Source: a bacterium
Lineage (GTDB): Archaea; Nanobdellota; Nanobdellia; Pacearchaeales; GW2011-AR1
Reading direction: 5' to 3'
Length of the DNA stretch: 64,000 nt
Assembly: GCA_036787775.1 (NCBI GenBank)
Contig: DAIQOR010000001.1
Location: 30,521-94,520, forward strand
The stretch's first letter is position 1. Every line of letters begins with the position of its first letter. The translations under genes were made by a program, and so were the position numbers. Below are positions 37,292-47,065 of this stretch, piece by piece. Below the pieces are notes generated by a model that had not been told where the DNA came from, did no database searches, and worked only from the letters and a program-made list of their open reading frames with translations.

Positions 37292-37987
37292 TTATCGTTT
37301 CTTTCCTGTTCTCTTCGGCCTGATTAATCCAACCTTCGCACCAGGAGGAGCATTCCTCTTAGCAATCTTACTCTTAGGATTCTTACCTCTACCACTTCCG
37401 AAAGGATGGTCGATGGCATTCATCTTAATTGCGGATGTTCTTGGCCATAATTTATTTTTGGACTTTTTAATATAAAATTGTTTTCCTGCTTTAAGTAGTG
37501 GCTTCTCAAATTTCCCTTCTCCAGCACAAACACCAATAATAGCTCGACAAGTACCATTAAATTTCTTTTCTTTTTTCGAAGGCATCATAACAAAGATACT
37601 TTCTCCAACAACTTTGTTCAAAACAGCAAAACTTCCCCCACTCTTTATGAATTTTCCTCCATCGAAAGGTCGAGATTCAATGCAATAAATTTTAGTCTTA
37701 ACTGGAATTTCGTTCAACTTCATAATGTTCCCGTTTTTTATTTCTTTCCCTAATTTTATTGTCTCCCCCTCATACATGTTCTTGAAAGCAGGAATGTAAA
37801 AAATTTCAGTTCCAGATTGCACTTTAGCAAGAGGAGTTGAATGTCCGCCAGAACTCAAAAGCTTAAGCACGTTCATTTCATCTCCAAGTATTCGTGGAAT
37901 TTGAGACTTATGTTTGAAAGCACTTTTTTTAACTTTGTAAGTAGTTGTTCCTCTTCCTCGTCGCTGTTGAATAATTCTCTTTCCCAT
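37292..37987 (-). CDS. rpl2: Ribosomal protein uL2
   Basis: MNAIDHPFGSGRGKNPKSK...; 231 aa. Confidence 0.85.
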   Translation of the reverse strand: MGKRIIQQRRGRGTTTYKVKKSAFKHKSQIPRILGDEMNVLKLLSSGGHSTPLAKVQSGTEIFYIPAFKNMYEGETIKLGKEIKNGNIMKLNEIPVKTKIYCIESRPFDGGKFIKSGGSFAVLNKVVGESIFVMMPSKKEKKFNGTCRAIIGVCAGEGKFEKPLLKAGKQFYIKKSKNKLWPRTSAIKMNAIDHPFGSGRGKNPKSKIAKRNAPPGAKVGLIRPKRTGKKR

Positions 37988-38229
37988 TATATTAACCCTA
38001 ATTTCGTAGCCACGTCAATAGCTGGAAATTCCTTTTTTAATTTAACGTAAACATATTTTTTATTATCCCTAACCAAAGTTCTAAGTTTTTCAATTTTAAT
38101 TTTAAATAAATCTTCAATTTCGTTTTTTATGTCTGTTTTATTTTGTCGTCTATCTAAAACAAAAGTTAAAATATTTTGAGACTCTATCATCATTACAGCT
38201 TTTTCAGTTACGATTGGTTTCATGTTCAT
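37987..38229 (-). CDS. rpl23: Ribosomal protein uL23
   Basis: 80 aa, IVTEKAVMMIESQNILTFVLDRRQNKTDIKNEIE. Confidence 0.8.
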   Translation of the reverse strand: MNMKPIVTEKAVMMIESQNILTFVLDRRQNKTDIKNEIEDLFKIKIEKLRTLVRDNKKYVYVKLKKEFPAIDVATKLGLI

Positions 38230-39026
38230 TTTAATTTCGCCCCCAATTCATTTATTGCATTTTCAGTATAAACTGTCAATCTTCCTAATCCACCATTAGC
38301 CAAATCAACAACGCTCAATTTATCTGAATGAACAATTTCAAAAGAGCCAGATTTTAATTTTTCTTCTTTACCGACGACAATCAAAAGTCCAGCATTAGAT
38401 TTATATTTTCTTCCTCGCAACTTTCCGATTCCTGCTCGAACACTTCTTTTCTTTTCAATAGCTGCGAATAAATCTTTTCCAATAATTTGTTTAATACTTT
38501 CAATAAGTTGCTTAGCTTTTAATCCAGTTAATTTTGAATCCACAATAAATGGAACATTAGTAATTTTAGTTTCATTTAATCGAGCATACCTTTTTGAAAT
38601 TAATTTTCCCTCGGCAGTCGCACTCAAAGCCGAAATAATTGCAATTTTCAATTCTTTTTTATTAATTTTATTTGTGTTAATCATAGAAATTACTTTTGGA
38701 GGATGAGCCCTTCGACCGCCTCGAGTGTTTGGAACTGTCGCACCAACCCAATTAAATTGCGAACCTTTTCTCGATAAAGCTTTTCGAGGAATTCTTGACA
38801 TTCCACGACCATACTGACTTTTCCAAACATGTCTATGATGTTTAATTTTTCCCGAGGCTGAAGCCTGATTTCCTGCAACTGGCGACGGAGCGTAAGGCTG
38901 TATTTGTTTTTTAGCTTCAATAACTTTAGCAACAATATCTTCTCGGATTTTACCAGAAAGAACCTTTGGCTTTTCAATCTCCTTTCCTTTCTGCCCTTTC
39001 AAATCATAAACTTTAATTTTTACCAT
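38226..39026 (-). CDS. rpl4: Ribosomal protein uL4
   Basis: 266 aa, GRGMSRIPRKALSRKGSQFNWVGATVPNTRGGRRAHPPK. Confidence 0.85.
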   Translation of the reverse strand: MVKIKVYDLKGQKGKEIEKPKVLSGKIREDIVAKVIEAKKQIQPYAPSPVAGNQASASGKIKHHRHVWKSQYGRGMSRIPRKALSRKGSQFNWVGATVPNTRGGRRAHPPKVISMINTNKINKKELKIAIISALSATAEGKLISKRYARLNETKITNVPFIVDSKLTGLKAKQLIESIKQIIGKDLFAAIEKKRSVRAGIGKLRGRKYKSNAGLLIVVGKEEKLKSGSFEIVHSDKLSVVDLANGGLGRLTVYTENAINELGAKLK

Positions 39027-39970
39027 TATGCTTTAACTCCTAATAATTCGTAATTTTTCTTTTTAGTTCTTTTAGTTTCTCTCAAAGGAGAAGTAATTAA
39101 CAATTGTCTTTTTGCAACACCTTGAATCGAACCTTTAACAATCATATAATTTGTTTTAACTTCCCCGAAATGTTTCAAAATAGGAATTTGTCCCTCGGAT
39201 TTTCCCATATCGATTATTTTATTGTTGTAAATAACTCTGGTAAACATTCCAAGCTGTCCAGCCATTGGAACTCTAAAAGTTACACGAGCAGGATGCCACG
39301 GACCAAGACTACCAGGCCGTCTAACTCCCTTCTCTGACTTGTGTGCCTTAAGATTAATCCCAAATCTTCTTACAGGACCTTGGAAACCCTTTCCTCTTGT
39401 CAAACCTCTCAAATCAACCAATTCGTCTTTAGCAAAAACATTTGTAACGGAAATTTCTTTATCCAAATTTTCTTTAATAAAATTAAGTTTCTCTTCAATA
39501 GTTCCTTTCAGTCCCAATTCAGATAAATCTGGCTTCTTCCTAAATCCAGTTTGTTTTGCAACAGAATAACAAATAACTCTCAAATCATCATATTCATCTG
39601 ATTTAACATCCTCAATTTTTTTCGAATAAGTTTTCGGAACTTTCACCTTTCTTTTTAATTCCTTGTCAAGTTTTCCCGCGAGAACTTCTTTAGCAACTTT
39701 TCCATCTTTATAGAATCTAACTGAAAAAATCTTCATAGAAGGGCACTCAAGAACGGTAGCAGGGATAATTATTTTTTTACCTTTAGTCATGGAGTTAGCA
39801 GAATTATCCAAAACCTCAACAGAAACCATTCCAGCTTTATAACAAATAAACCCTTTCAAATTTTTTCCAGATTTTATTGCATCCCAGTTCACACTCGGTA
39901 AATGTTTTTCTGCACGTTTACGCGGCCAAAACTGTAAACTTCCTTTTCTTGGTGATTTTCTTGATGGCAT
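39026..39970 (-). CDS. rpl3: Ribosomal protein uL3
   Basis: 314 aa, first gene of cluster; GFQGPVRRFG, W..ARVTFRVPMAGQLG. Confidence 0.85.
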   Translation of the reverse strand: MPSRKSPRKGSLQFWPRKRAEKHLPSVNWDAIKSGKNLKGFICYKAGMVSVEVLDNSANSMTKGKKIIIPATVLECPSMKIFSVRFYKDGKVAKEVLAGKLDKELKRKVKVPKTYSKKIEDVKSDEYDDLRVICYSVAKQTGFRKKPDLSELGLKGTIEEKLNFIKENLDKEISVTNVFAKDELVDLRGLTRGKGFQGPVRRFGINLKAHKSEKGVRRPGSLGPWHPARVTFRVPMAGQLGMFTRVIYNNKIIDMGKSEGQIPILKHFGEVKTNYMIVKGSIQGVAKRQLLITSPLRETKRTKKKNYELLGVKA

Positions 39971-40071
39971 AGTTAATATTTGCGGATATCATTTTAGCCC
40001 TGGAATATGGTATGAAGAAAAAATCGGTTTATAAATTGTTCGGTAGTAATCTAACTCTAAATTTCAGAACT

Positions 40072-40770
40072 CTAAGCCTCAAAAGGAATTTCTTGAATCG
40101 TCTCTTTATCATCAATTTTAGCTTCTCGAACAATCTTTCCTTTTCTTTTAGTCATTTCACGAATCTTAGCAAAATCTTTCTCGTCAGTTTTTGGAATAAC
40201 CATTTCGCTAATAAAATAATGATGAACAATCTCTGCCTTCTTGAAATCCGGCCTCTCAAAAACAAAACTCTGTCCCAACTTAGCATCAGCAGTAATTAAT
40301 TTACAAAAATCTGCTTTAGGATTTTCCCCGTCTTTTCCAGGCTTCCCTGATTTCGGTGCCTTCGGCTTAATTTTCAATTTGTCTTCTCCAACATCAAAAG
40401 TCAAAGCAAAAAAAGTTTTCGGAAATTCGTCAAGCAATTTGATAATCTCGTTCCCACTCATTTCTTTATCAATCAAATATCTTTTAACACCCTGAAATTG
40501 TTTAATCTCTTTAAAATCAATTTTGTCTTTCAAATCCGAGGTCGAAACAATCGCTCCAGTAATATTAGTTTTATCGCTTCCTAATTTCTCCGCCATGTTC
40601 CTAACCAACTCATTAGAAAATTCCGAAGAAGTAACGATTGTAAATTTTCCTTTCGATTGTTTAGCATTAATCACGGCCCTGTCCCGAAACTCCCCTTTAC
40701 TAAATTTGGTGAATTGCGCGTGCACAGAATCGTCAATAACACCTTCAACAATTTTTTTTATGAAATTCAT
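40072..40770 (-). CDS. Hypothetical protein (232 aa), upstream of rpl3
   Basis: No recognisable motif by eye. Confidence 0.3.
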   Translation of the reverse strand: MNFIKKIVEGVIDDSVHAQFTKFSKGEFRDRAVINAKQSKGKFTIVTSSEFSNELVRNMAEKLGSDKTNITGAIVSTSDLKDKIDFKEIKQFQGVKRYLIDKEMSGNEIIKLLDEFPKTFFALTFDVGEDKLKIKPKAPKSGKPGKDGENPKADFCKLITADAKLGQSFVFERPDFKKAEIVHHYFISEMVIPKTDEKDFAKIREMTKRKGKIVREAKIDDKETIQEIPFEA

Positions 40771-40850
40771 AATTTCATTTATTCAATTTTACTTATAAAT
40801 CTTTCTTACAAAACTTTATAAATTTCGATAACTACTTTTCATAAGTGAAA

Positions 40851-41888
40851 ATGGATCAAACATCTTTTAAACAAGTTATGTCGGCAGTGATAATCCTCGG
40901 GTTAGCCACGCTTTCATTTTTTATTATAAGACCAATTCTTCTCGCAATGGTTTATGGAGTAATTCTCGCGTTTGTTTTTATGCCAATATATAATTTTATT
41001 TTCAAAAGAACAAAGATGGAAAATTTCTCGGCGATATTTATTTGCGTAACTTTAATTTTAATTATTTTTCTATCTCTTTGGTTTTTTACCCCAATAGTTC
41101 TTAGTCAGTCGTTAAAATTTTATTCAGCGTCGCAACAAGTAAATTTTATTGAACCTCTGCAAAAAATATTTCCTTCTTTTTTTGCGTCGGAGGAATTCTC
41201 TGCCGAGGTTGGTTCAATTTTAAATTCGTTTGTAGTAAAATCCACAAATTCTCTGGTTAATTCTTTTGCAAATGTAATATTGAACTTTCCAACAATCTGT
41301 TTACAATTATTGGTTGTTTTCGTCACTTTCTTTTTTGTATTACGAGATAAAGAAAAATTAATTGATTACATAAAAAGTTTACTCCCCTACTCAAAAGAGG
41401 TAGAAAATAAAATTTTCCACTATACCAAGGGAATAACTTTCTCAGTTCTTTACGGACAAGTTGTAGTTGGAATATTGCAAGGAGTATTAGTTGGTATAGC
41501 ATTTTTTGTATTTGGAGTGTCAAACGCTTTACTTCTAACCCTCCTCGCAACTTTGGCAGGTATTTTTCCAATTATTGGAACAGCGATAGTTTGGATTCCT
41601 GTCGTAATTTTCCTTTTCCTCGCCGGAGATAGTTTTTCTGCGACAGGAGTAATAATTGTAGGACTAATTTCCTCGAATATTGACAACATCCTAAGACCGA
41701 TGATTGTATCAAAAAGAGTCAATATTTCTTCAGCGGTAATTATGATAGGAATGATTGGCGGTTTCTTCTTATTCGGAATCTTAGGTTTTATTTTAGGTCC
41801 GTTAATATTAGCATATCTTCTAATAATCTTGGAAATTTATCGGGACAAAAAATCTCCAGGAATTTTCATTAATGAAGAGGTGAAGTAA
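40851..41888 (+). CDS. AI-2E family transporter (UPF0118/PerM-like permease)
   Basis: 8 TM architecture and N-terminal pattern typical of PF01594; ORF track begins at GTG 40845, first ATG 40851. Confidence 0.55.
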   Translation: MDQTSFKQVMSAVIILGLATLSFFIIRPILLAMVYGVILAFVFMPIYNFIFKRTKMENFSAIFICVTLILIIFLSLWFFTPIVLSQSLKFYSASQQVNFIEPLQKIFPSFFASEEFSAEVGSILNSFVVKSTNSLVNSFANVILNFPTICLQLLVVFVTFFFVLRDKEKLIDYIKSLLPYSKEVENKIFHYTKGITFSVLYGQVVVGILQGVLVGIAFFVFGVSNALLLTLLATLAGIFPIIGTAIVWIPVVIFLFLAGDSFSATGVIIVGLISSNIDNILRPMIVSKRVNISSAVIMIGMIGGFFLFGILGFILGPLILAYLLIILEIYRDKKSPGIFINEEVK

Positions 41889-41894
41889 TTCTAA

Positions 41895-43370
41895 ATGAAG
41901 CTAAAAGTAAAACTATGGAGGTGGTCGGCAGGAGTTCCAGTAGCTATGCTCAATAGCAAAATAGCCCAGGAAATGGGCGTTCACGCGACAGATAGGATTT
42001 CAATAAAAACCTTTGAAAAAAATTCTATGGAATTTTCCACAGTGGTAGACACGATTGGAGTCTTTGTAAAAAAGAATGAACTCGCAATCTCTTTTGAGAT
42101 AAAAGAAATTTTAGGATTAAGAGAAGGACAAATCGTGGACGTGAACATCGCAGAAACTCCAAGAAGTTTAATTTTCATTAAAGAAAAATTAGATAAAAAA
42201 GAACTTTCCAAAAAAAAGATTTTTGAAATAATTGAAGACATTGTAAATAATTCTTTATCCGAAGCTGAAGTCGCACTTTTTATTTCTGCAATGCACATAC
42301 ATGGAATGAATTTTAAAGAAATAACTTATTTAATTGAGGCAATTTTAAATTCAGGGCAAATGATAAGTTGGGGCAAAAAATTAATTGCGGATAAACATTG
42401 TATTGGAGGAGTTGCAGGAAATCGGACAACGCCAATAGTTGTTTCAATTTGTGCGGCGGCTGGCTTAACAATTCCAAAAACTTCTTCAAGAGCAATAACG
42501 AGTGCTGCCGGAACCGCGGATGTAATGGAAGTAGCGGCCAAAGTAAATTTTAACATGAAAGAAATTAAATCAATAGTAAAAAAAACAAATGCTTGCATCG
42601 TCTGGTGCGGAGGATTAGGAATGGTTCCAGCAGATTCAAAAATAATTAAAATTGAAAAACAACTTAAGATAGACCCAAAAGCACAACTTTTAGCATCGAT
42701 AATGTCCAAAAAACTTTCAGTTGGAAGTAATCATATTTTGATTGATATACCCTACGGAAAAAGTGCCAAATTCGATAAGAAAAAAGCTTTGGAATTAAAA
42801 AAAGATTTTGAGAAGTTAGCAAAATATTTTAAGAAAAAAATGAAAGTTGTTTTAACGGATGGTTCTCAACCAATCGGAAATGGAATTGGCCCACGATTAG
42901 AATTAATTGATGTGATTAAAGTTTTAAATCCAGAAGAAAGCGGACCTTTAGATTTAGAAGAAAAGTCAATTTTTCTCTCCGGACAACTTTTAGAATTAAC
43001 TGGAAAAGCAAAGAAAGGAAAAGGAGAAGAATTGGCGAGGAAGATTCTTGTTTCAGGAAAAGCTTTTGAAAAATTCAAACAAATCATCAAAGCCCAAAAT
43101 GGGAGTTTGAAATTAAAAGAGAACGGCAAATTCAAGAAAGATATATTTGCAAAAAAGAATATGATAATAAAATCCATTCACAATAAAAAAATTAATTCTC
43201 TCGCAAGAGTTGTAGGTTGTCCAGTGGACAAATTCTCTGGAATATATCTCTACAACCACGTTGGAGACAAAGTCAAGAAAGGAGAAAAGCTTCTCACAAT
43301 TTACTCAGAATCCAATGCAAGATTATTGGATGCGGTAAAGTTCTATAATGAAGTCAAGCCAATTAATTAA
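41895..43370 (+). CDS. AMP phosphorylase (thymidine phosphorylase family, archaeal DeoA-like)
   Basis: N-terminal extra domain followed by HCIGGVAGNRTTPIVVSICAAAGLTIPKTSSRAITSAAGTADVMEV (phosphate/ribose site of TP family); 491 aa. Confidence 0.75.
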   Translation: MKLKVKLWRWSAGVPVAMLNSKIAQEMGVHATDRISIKTFEKNSMEFSTVVDTIGVFVKKNELAISFEIKEILGLREGQIVDVNIAETPRSLIFIKEKLDKKELSKKKIFEIIEDIVNNSLSEAEVALFISAMHIHGMNFKEITYLIEAILNSGQMISWGKKLIADKHCIGGVAGNRTTPIVVSICAAAGLTIPKTSSRAITSAAGTADVMEVAAKVNFNMKEIKSIVKKTNACIVWCGGLGMVPADSKIIKIEKQLKIDPKAQLLASIMSKKLSVGSNHILIDIPYGKSAKFDKKKALELKKDFEKLAKYFKKKMKVVLTDGSQPIGNGIGPRLELIDVIKVLNPEESGPLDLEEKSIFLSGQLLELTGKAKKGKGEELARKILVSGKAFEKFKQIIKAQNGSLKLKENGKFKKDIFAKKNMIIKSIHNKKINSLARVVGCPVDKFSGIYLYNHVGDKVKKGEKLLTIYSESNARLLDAVKFYNEVKPIN

Positions 43371-43414
43371 TTCAACACAACTAATTTTTTAAATGAGTGA
43401 TTTTATAATTAAAT

Positions 43415-43684
43415 ATGGAAGAGAGTAATCCAATAAGAAAACTTGTAATTTATTTTAAAAAAAATCTGGAGAAAGGATATACCGAGGAATCTCTGAAAGT
43501 GGCTTTAATGAATCAAGGATATTCAAGGACAATGATAGAGCGAGCGGCTGAACAACTTCACCAAGACCTCGCGAGGACAGCACCAATTCTAAAAGACAAA
43601 CCAATAATCAAACACTACATCATCGACGAAAACGACCAACCAATAACAATTAAGAAACCTTTTTGGAAAAAAGTTTTTGGATAA
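43415..43684 (+). CDS. Hypothetical small protein (89 aa)
   Basis: ORF only. Confidence 0.3.
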   Translation: MEESNPIRKLVIYFKKNLEKGYTEESLKVALMNQGYSRTMIERAAEQLHQDLARTAPILKDKPIIKHYIIDENDQPITIKKPFWKKVFG

Positions 43685-43758
43685 AACGCCCTGTTTTTAG
43701 TTGAATTATAGATGATAACGGCGTTTTTAAAAGCTTCTTTTTTTAAACAATTCAATCA

Positions 43759-44502
43759 TTATCTTTGTTTCTCTATGGGTTTCCAATCTCTCGAACTATA
43801 TTCAAGTATTCCCTCGAGTAGTTTTTGCCTAACATATGCAATTATTCCATGAGATTTAATTCCCCTATCTTGTTTTGTATTTGGTATCTCTCTAAGTTTA
43901 TCTAAGAATTTAGAATACTCTGGAAGAACCACCGATTTTATCTCTGCAAGAATATCTCTGGTTGCTTCTCCATGATGTTTCTCATTCAAATATTTTTTTA
44001 AATCTGTAGTTTTATTATTTAATGTAAGAGTATACCATATACTTTCACGCATTACTGGATTTTTCACCTCACTTAATATCTTTCTAAGCAATATTCTATC
44101 AATTATTATATCCGCATAATCTTTACAATTATTTTCTCTTTGGTATATTCCAATAAGAGAAGTTTCTTTTTGTGTGTATGGAAAATCTGGCGATTTAAGT
44201 AATTCCTGCGTGAATGCTTGATACTCTGGTGAAGATTCCCATTTAGTTCTATATCCTTCATCATCATGATAAAAAGCATTTAACCCATCTAAATCAATAT
44301 TTCTTTTCAGTGCATCTTCTTTATGTTTTTCAACAATAGCTAATACGCTCTCTAATGGTTTATCTGTTTCAATTTTTCCACTATAATCTATTTTTTTTAA
44401 AATTAGGGCTTGAGCTTCTCTTGCTCCCCAAGCATCTTTACGATTCATCCATTCATAAATATCTGCTGAAAGATGTTTGTATGTTTCATCCTCATTTGTC
44501 AT
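43759..44502 (-). CDS. Hypothetical protein (247 aa), downstream gene of two-gene operon
   Basis: ATGA overlap with upstream 137-aa gene; no recognisable motif. Confidence 0.35.
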   Translation of the reverse strand: MTNEDETYKHLSADIYEWMNRKDAWGAREAQALILKKIDYSGKIETDKPLESVLAIVEKHKEDALKRNIDLDGLNAFYHDDEGYRTKWESSPEYQAFTQELLKSPDFPYTQKETSLIGIYQRENNCKDYADIIIDRILLRKILSEVKNPVMRESIWYTLTLNNKTTDLKKYLNEKHHGEATRDILAEIKSVVLPEYSKFLDKLREIPNTKQDRGIKSHGIIAYVRQKLLEGILEYSSRDWKPIEKQR

Positions 44503-44912
44503 TTTTGTTTTTCCTCCTGTGCTCTTACATATCCCCCACTACCACGTCCTTCCCAAAATTGACTTTTATAGAAATATTCGACAGATTCATCTGCCCCTTC
44601 AGGCATAAATGGTACGCTAAGGGGAAGATATTCTCTCTTATATCCTGCCTTGAATCCTTGAAAGTAAGGATCAGAAATCAATACTTGAAAATCCTCTTCC
44701 AAAACACTACCCTTTAGCCCTGAACATGAATAAATTATACATGGGGGTAATCCTGCTTCAAAACAGATTCTTTCCAGTTCAAAATTAGCGGGACCAATCT
44801 CCTTATCATAGCTGAATCGCTCTGCTACAACTCTCTTTCCAATTTCAATATCTTCTTTCAATATTTCTGTTATTTCTTTTGTCATTTTCTTGTTTTTTAT
44901 TTTTATTGTCAA
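44499..44912 (-). CDS. Hypothetical protein (137 aa), upstream gene of two-gene operon
   Basis: Translationally coupled to 43759..44502. Confidence 0.35.
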   Translation of the reverse strand: MTIKIKNKKMTKEITEILKEDIEIGKRVVAERFSYDKEIGPANFELERICFEAGLPPCIIYSCSGLKGSVLEEDFQVLISDPYFQGFKAGYKREYLPLSVPFMPEGADESVEYFYKSQFWEGRGSGGYVRAQEEKQK

Positions 44913-45044
44913 GTTAAATTAACTAATGGCTAATTTGTATTAACTTGTTAATAGTATCAGTTATGGATGGTATTTAATATATTGTGGTGGTTATTACCAC
45001 CAATAAAGTAAAGATTTTTATAGTCAATTTTGTTATGTTTTTGT

Positions 45045-45788
45045 ATGCATGAAGAATTGTTTGGAGAGCTTGGATTGAGTTTAAATGAAGCAAAAGTTTA
45101 CGAAGCCTTATTGCAAATTGGAGAATCATCTGTACAAACTATTTCACTGAAATCAAAAGTTCACAGAAGAAATGTTTATGATTCCTTGAGCAAACTAATG
45201 GAAAAGGGACTTGCTTCAGAGGTGTTTATTAAAGGAGAGAAAAATTTCAAGGCGACAAACCCTGATAGATTGCTGGATTTATTAAAAGAAAAAGAGGAAA
45301 AGATAAGTAAAGTTCTTCCTGATTTAAAATCAAAATATGAATCTGTTGAAGAGAAAGAAGAAGCATATCTTTATAGAGGCATTGAAGGATTCAAGAATTA
45401 TCTTAAGGCAATTCTAGAGACAAAGGAAATAGTTTATTTTATAGGGGCAAAAGCTTTTTGGCTTGATGAGAGATTGCAATATTTTATGCCTCATTTTGAA
45501 AAAGAAAGAAAGAAATTAGGAATAAAATTTATGCATCTATTTGATTACGAGATTAAAAAAGAAAAACTAAAAATATTAAAAATGGTTGGTAAACCTTATA
45601 GATTCTTGCCAAAAGAATACTCTTCCAATACTGCTATTGATATTTTTGGTCCATATGTTGTAACATTTGTAGGAGTAAAACCGGGACAACTTCAAGAAGA
45701 GCCATTAATGTTTGTAATGAAAAGCAGAAAACTTGCTGATGGATACAGAAAGTTTTTTCAATTTATGTGGGATAATTGTAAGGAATGA
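45045..45788 (+). CDS. TrmB-family transcriptional regulator
   Basis: N-terminal wHTH LGLSLNEAKVYEALLQIGESSVQTISLKSKVHRRNVYDSLSKLMEKGLA plus C-terminal TrmB-like domain; first ATG used (ORF-track TTG 45030). Confidence 0.65.
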   Translation: MHEELFGELGLSLNEAKVYEALLQIGESSVQTISLKSKVHRRNVYDSLSKLMEKGLASEVFIKGEKNFKATNPDRLLDLLKEKEEKISKVLPDLKSKYESVEEKEEAYLYRGIEGFKNYLKAILETKEIVYFIGAKAFWLDERLQYFMPHFEKERKKLGIKFMHLFDYEIKKEKLKILKMVGKPYRFLPKEYSSNTAIDIFGPYVVTFVGVKPGQLQEEPLMFVMKSRKLADGYRKFFQFMWDNCKE

Positions 45789-45796
45789 ATTTTTAC

Positions 45797-46279
45797 TCAA
45801 TCAAGCCCATACATCTTCTCAAATTCCCCTCTTATCTTTGTTATTTCTTCAAGGGTTATTGTATTAATCTTATTTTTTATTTCCAGAATAAATTCTCTAA
45901 GTTTTGTAATGTCAACATCTACTTTTTTATTCTTCAGGTAATATTGATTATCTATTCTCAAATCTTTATCTTTAGATAATATTTTTGTGAAGCCCTTAGG
46001 AACAATTCCTCTTCCTTCAAGAAATCCACAAACTCCAATTGTGCAGTCATGTATCTCACATTTAATTCCTAACTTTTGAAGAAGAGCATAAATCACAAAA
46101 TACTCGCAGTAATATTTTGTTGTTGCCAGCCACATATTTGACTTGCCTTTTATATCCTGTAAAATCATCAAGGTTTCTTCAGAACTTTTGATATAATCAT
46201 TTGCCAAATTTTCATTGGGTTTGACAATTTTTATCCCGTTCTTTTGTTGACAGCACCACTTTAATTTTTCAGCATCCAT
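45797..46279 (-). CDS. HEPN-domain protein (putative toxin partner of MNT)
   Basis: Helical 160-aa protein immediately downstream of and overlapping (19 nt) a minimal nucleotidyltransferase gene; canonical Rx4-6H not evident. Confidence 0.45.
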   Translation of the reverse strand: MDAEKLKWCCQQKNGIKIVKPNENLANDYIKSSEETLMILQDIKGKSNMWLATTKYYCEYFVIYALLQKLGIKCEIHDCTIGVCGFLEGRGIVPKGFTKILSKDKDLRIDNQYYLKNKKVDVDITKLREFILEIKNKINTITLEEITKIRGEFEKMYGLD

Positions 46280-46818
46280 TTTATAATTTCTTCAGAGTTC
46301 TGAACTATTAAATGTTTATTTATTATTTCTTCTTTTAGAGTTTCGCTTATGTCCGATAAGCTCTTTAAATTGATAATATGAAATTTAACTCCAAACTTTT
46401 TTTCAAATTCTTTTACACTTTTTGAGCTTATCTTACCCTCAAGAATAACATCAATATCATTTGCCTTTTTTGTTCCTTCTACTGAAGATCCAAAAATTAA
46501 GATTTTTCCCGAAGCTTCTCCAAGAAAATAAACTATCTCCTTCATCAGCAAATCCTTATGGATTACTTTAGCTAATCTTTCTTTCTCAATCCAAGTGAGA
46601 TAAACAATTATGCTTGGATTTTTTAATTGGAGTTTATACATGGTCATTCTACCCTTGATTTGCTTGGTAACTAATCCCTGCTTTTCAAACTCATTAAGAT
46701 ATTTTCTAACTGTTGCATGAGGTTTATTTAACTCTCGAGATATTTCAGCCAAATGCTTAGATTCTTTCTGATAAAGCAATGGTTCTAAAAATGACCATTT
46801 GGATATATTCTTGACCAT
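46261..46818 (-). CDS. wHTH-fused minimal nucleotidyltransferase (MNT/MntA-like antitoxin)
   Basis: N-terminal HTH (HLAEISRELNKPHATVRKYL) + NTase motif ILIFGSSVEGTKKANDIDVIL (GS...DxD). Confidence 0.6.
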   Translation of the reverse strand: MVKNISKWSFLEPLLYQKESKHLAEISRELNKPHATVRKYLNEFEKQGLVTKQIKGRMTMYKLQLKNPSIIVYLTWIEKERLAKVIHKDLLMKEIVYFLGEASGKILIFGSSVEGTKKANDIDVILEGKISSKSVKEFEKKFGVKFHIINLKSLSDISETLKEEIINKHLIVQNSEEIIKWMLKN

Positions 46819-47065
46819 ATTGTTATAATTGTAATAATAGTTTTTAAATGCTTTGTTTTTGAAAAAAACGTACTAGAGTAGAGGCGTACAATAGAAAGTT
46901 CGACGCCCTCATCGCCCCCGCCAGTCTCACAACCTTATTTTGATTTCTCAAATTTACTTCAACTTTTAGATATTGCATAAAATCAGATAGCTCGGTCGAA
47001 CTAATAAAAATAATCTTGGAATTTTGTTAAGACTCTTGGAGTAATTGGATTTACAATCCAATAAA

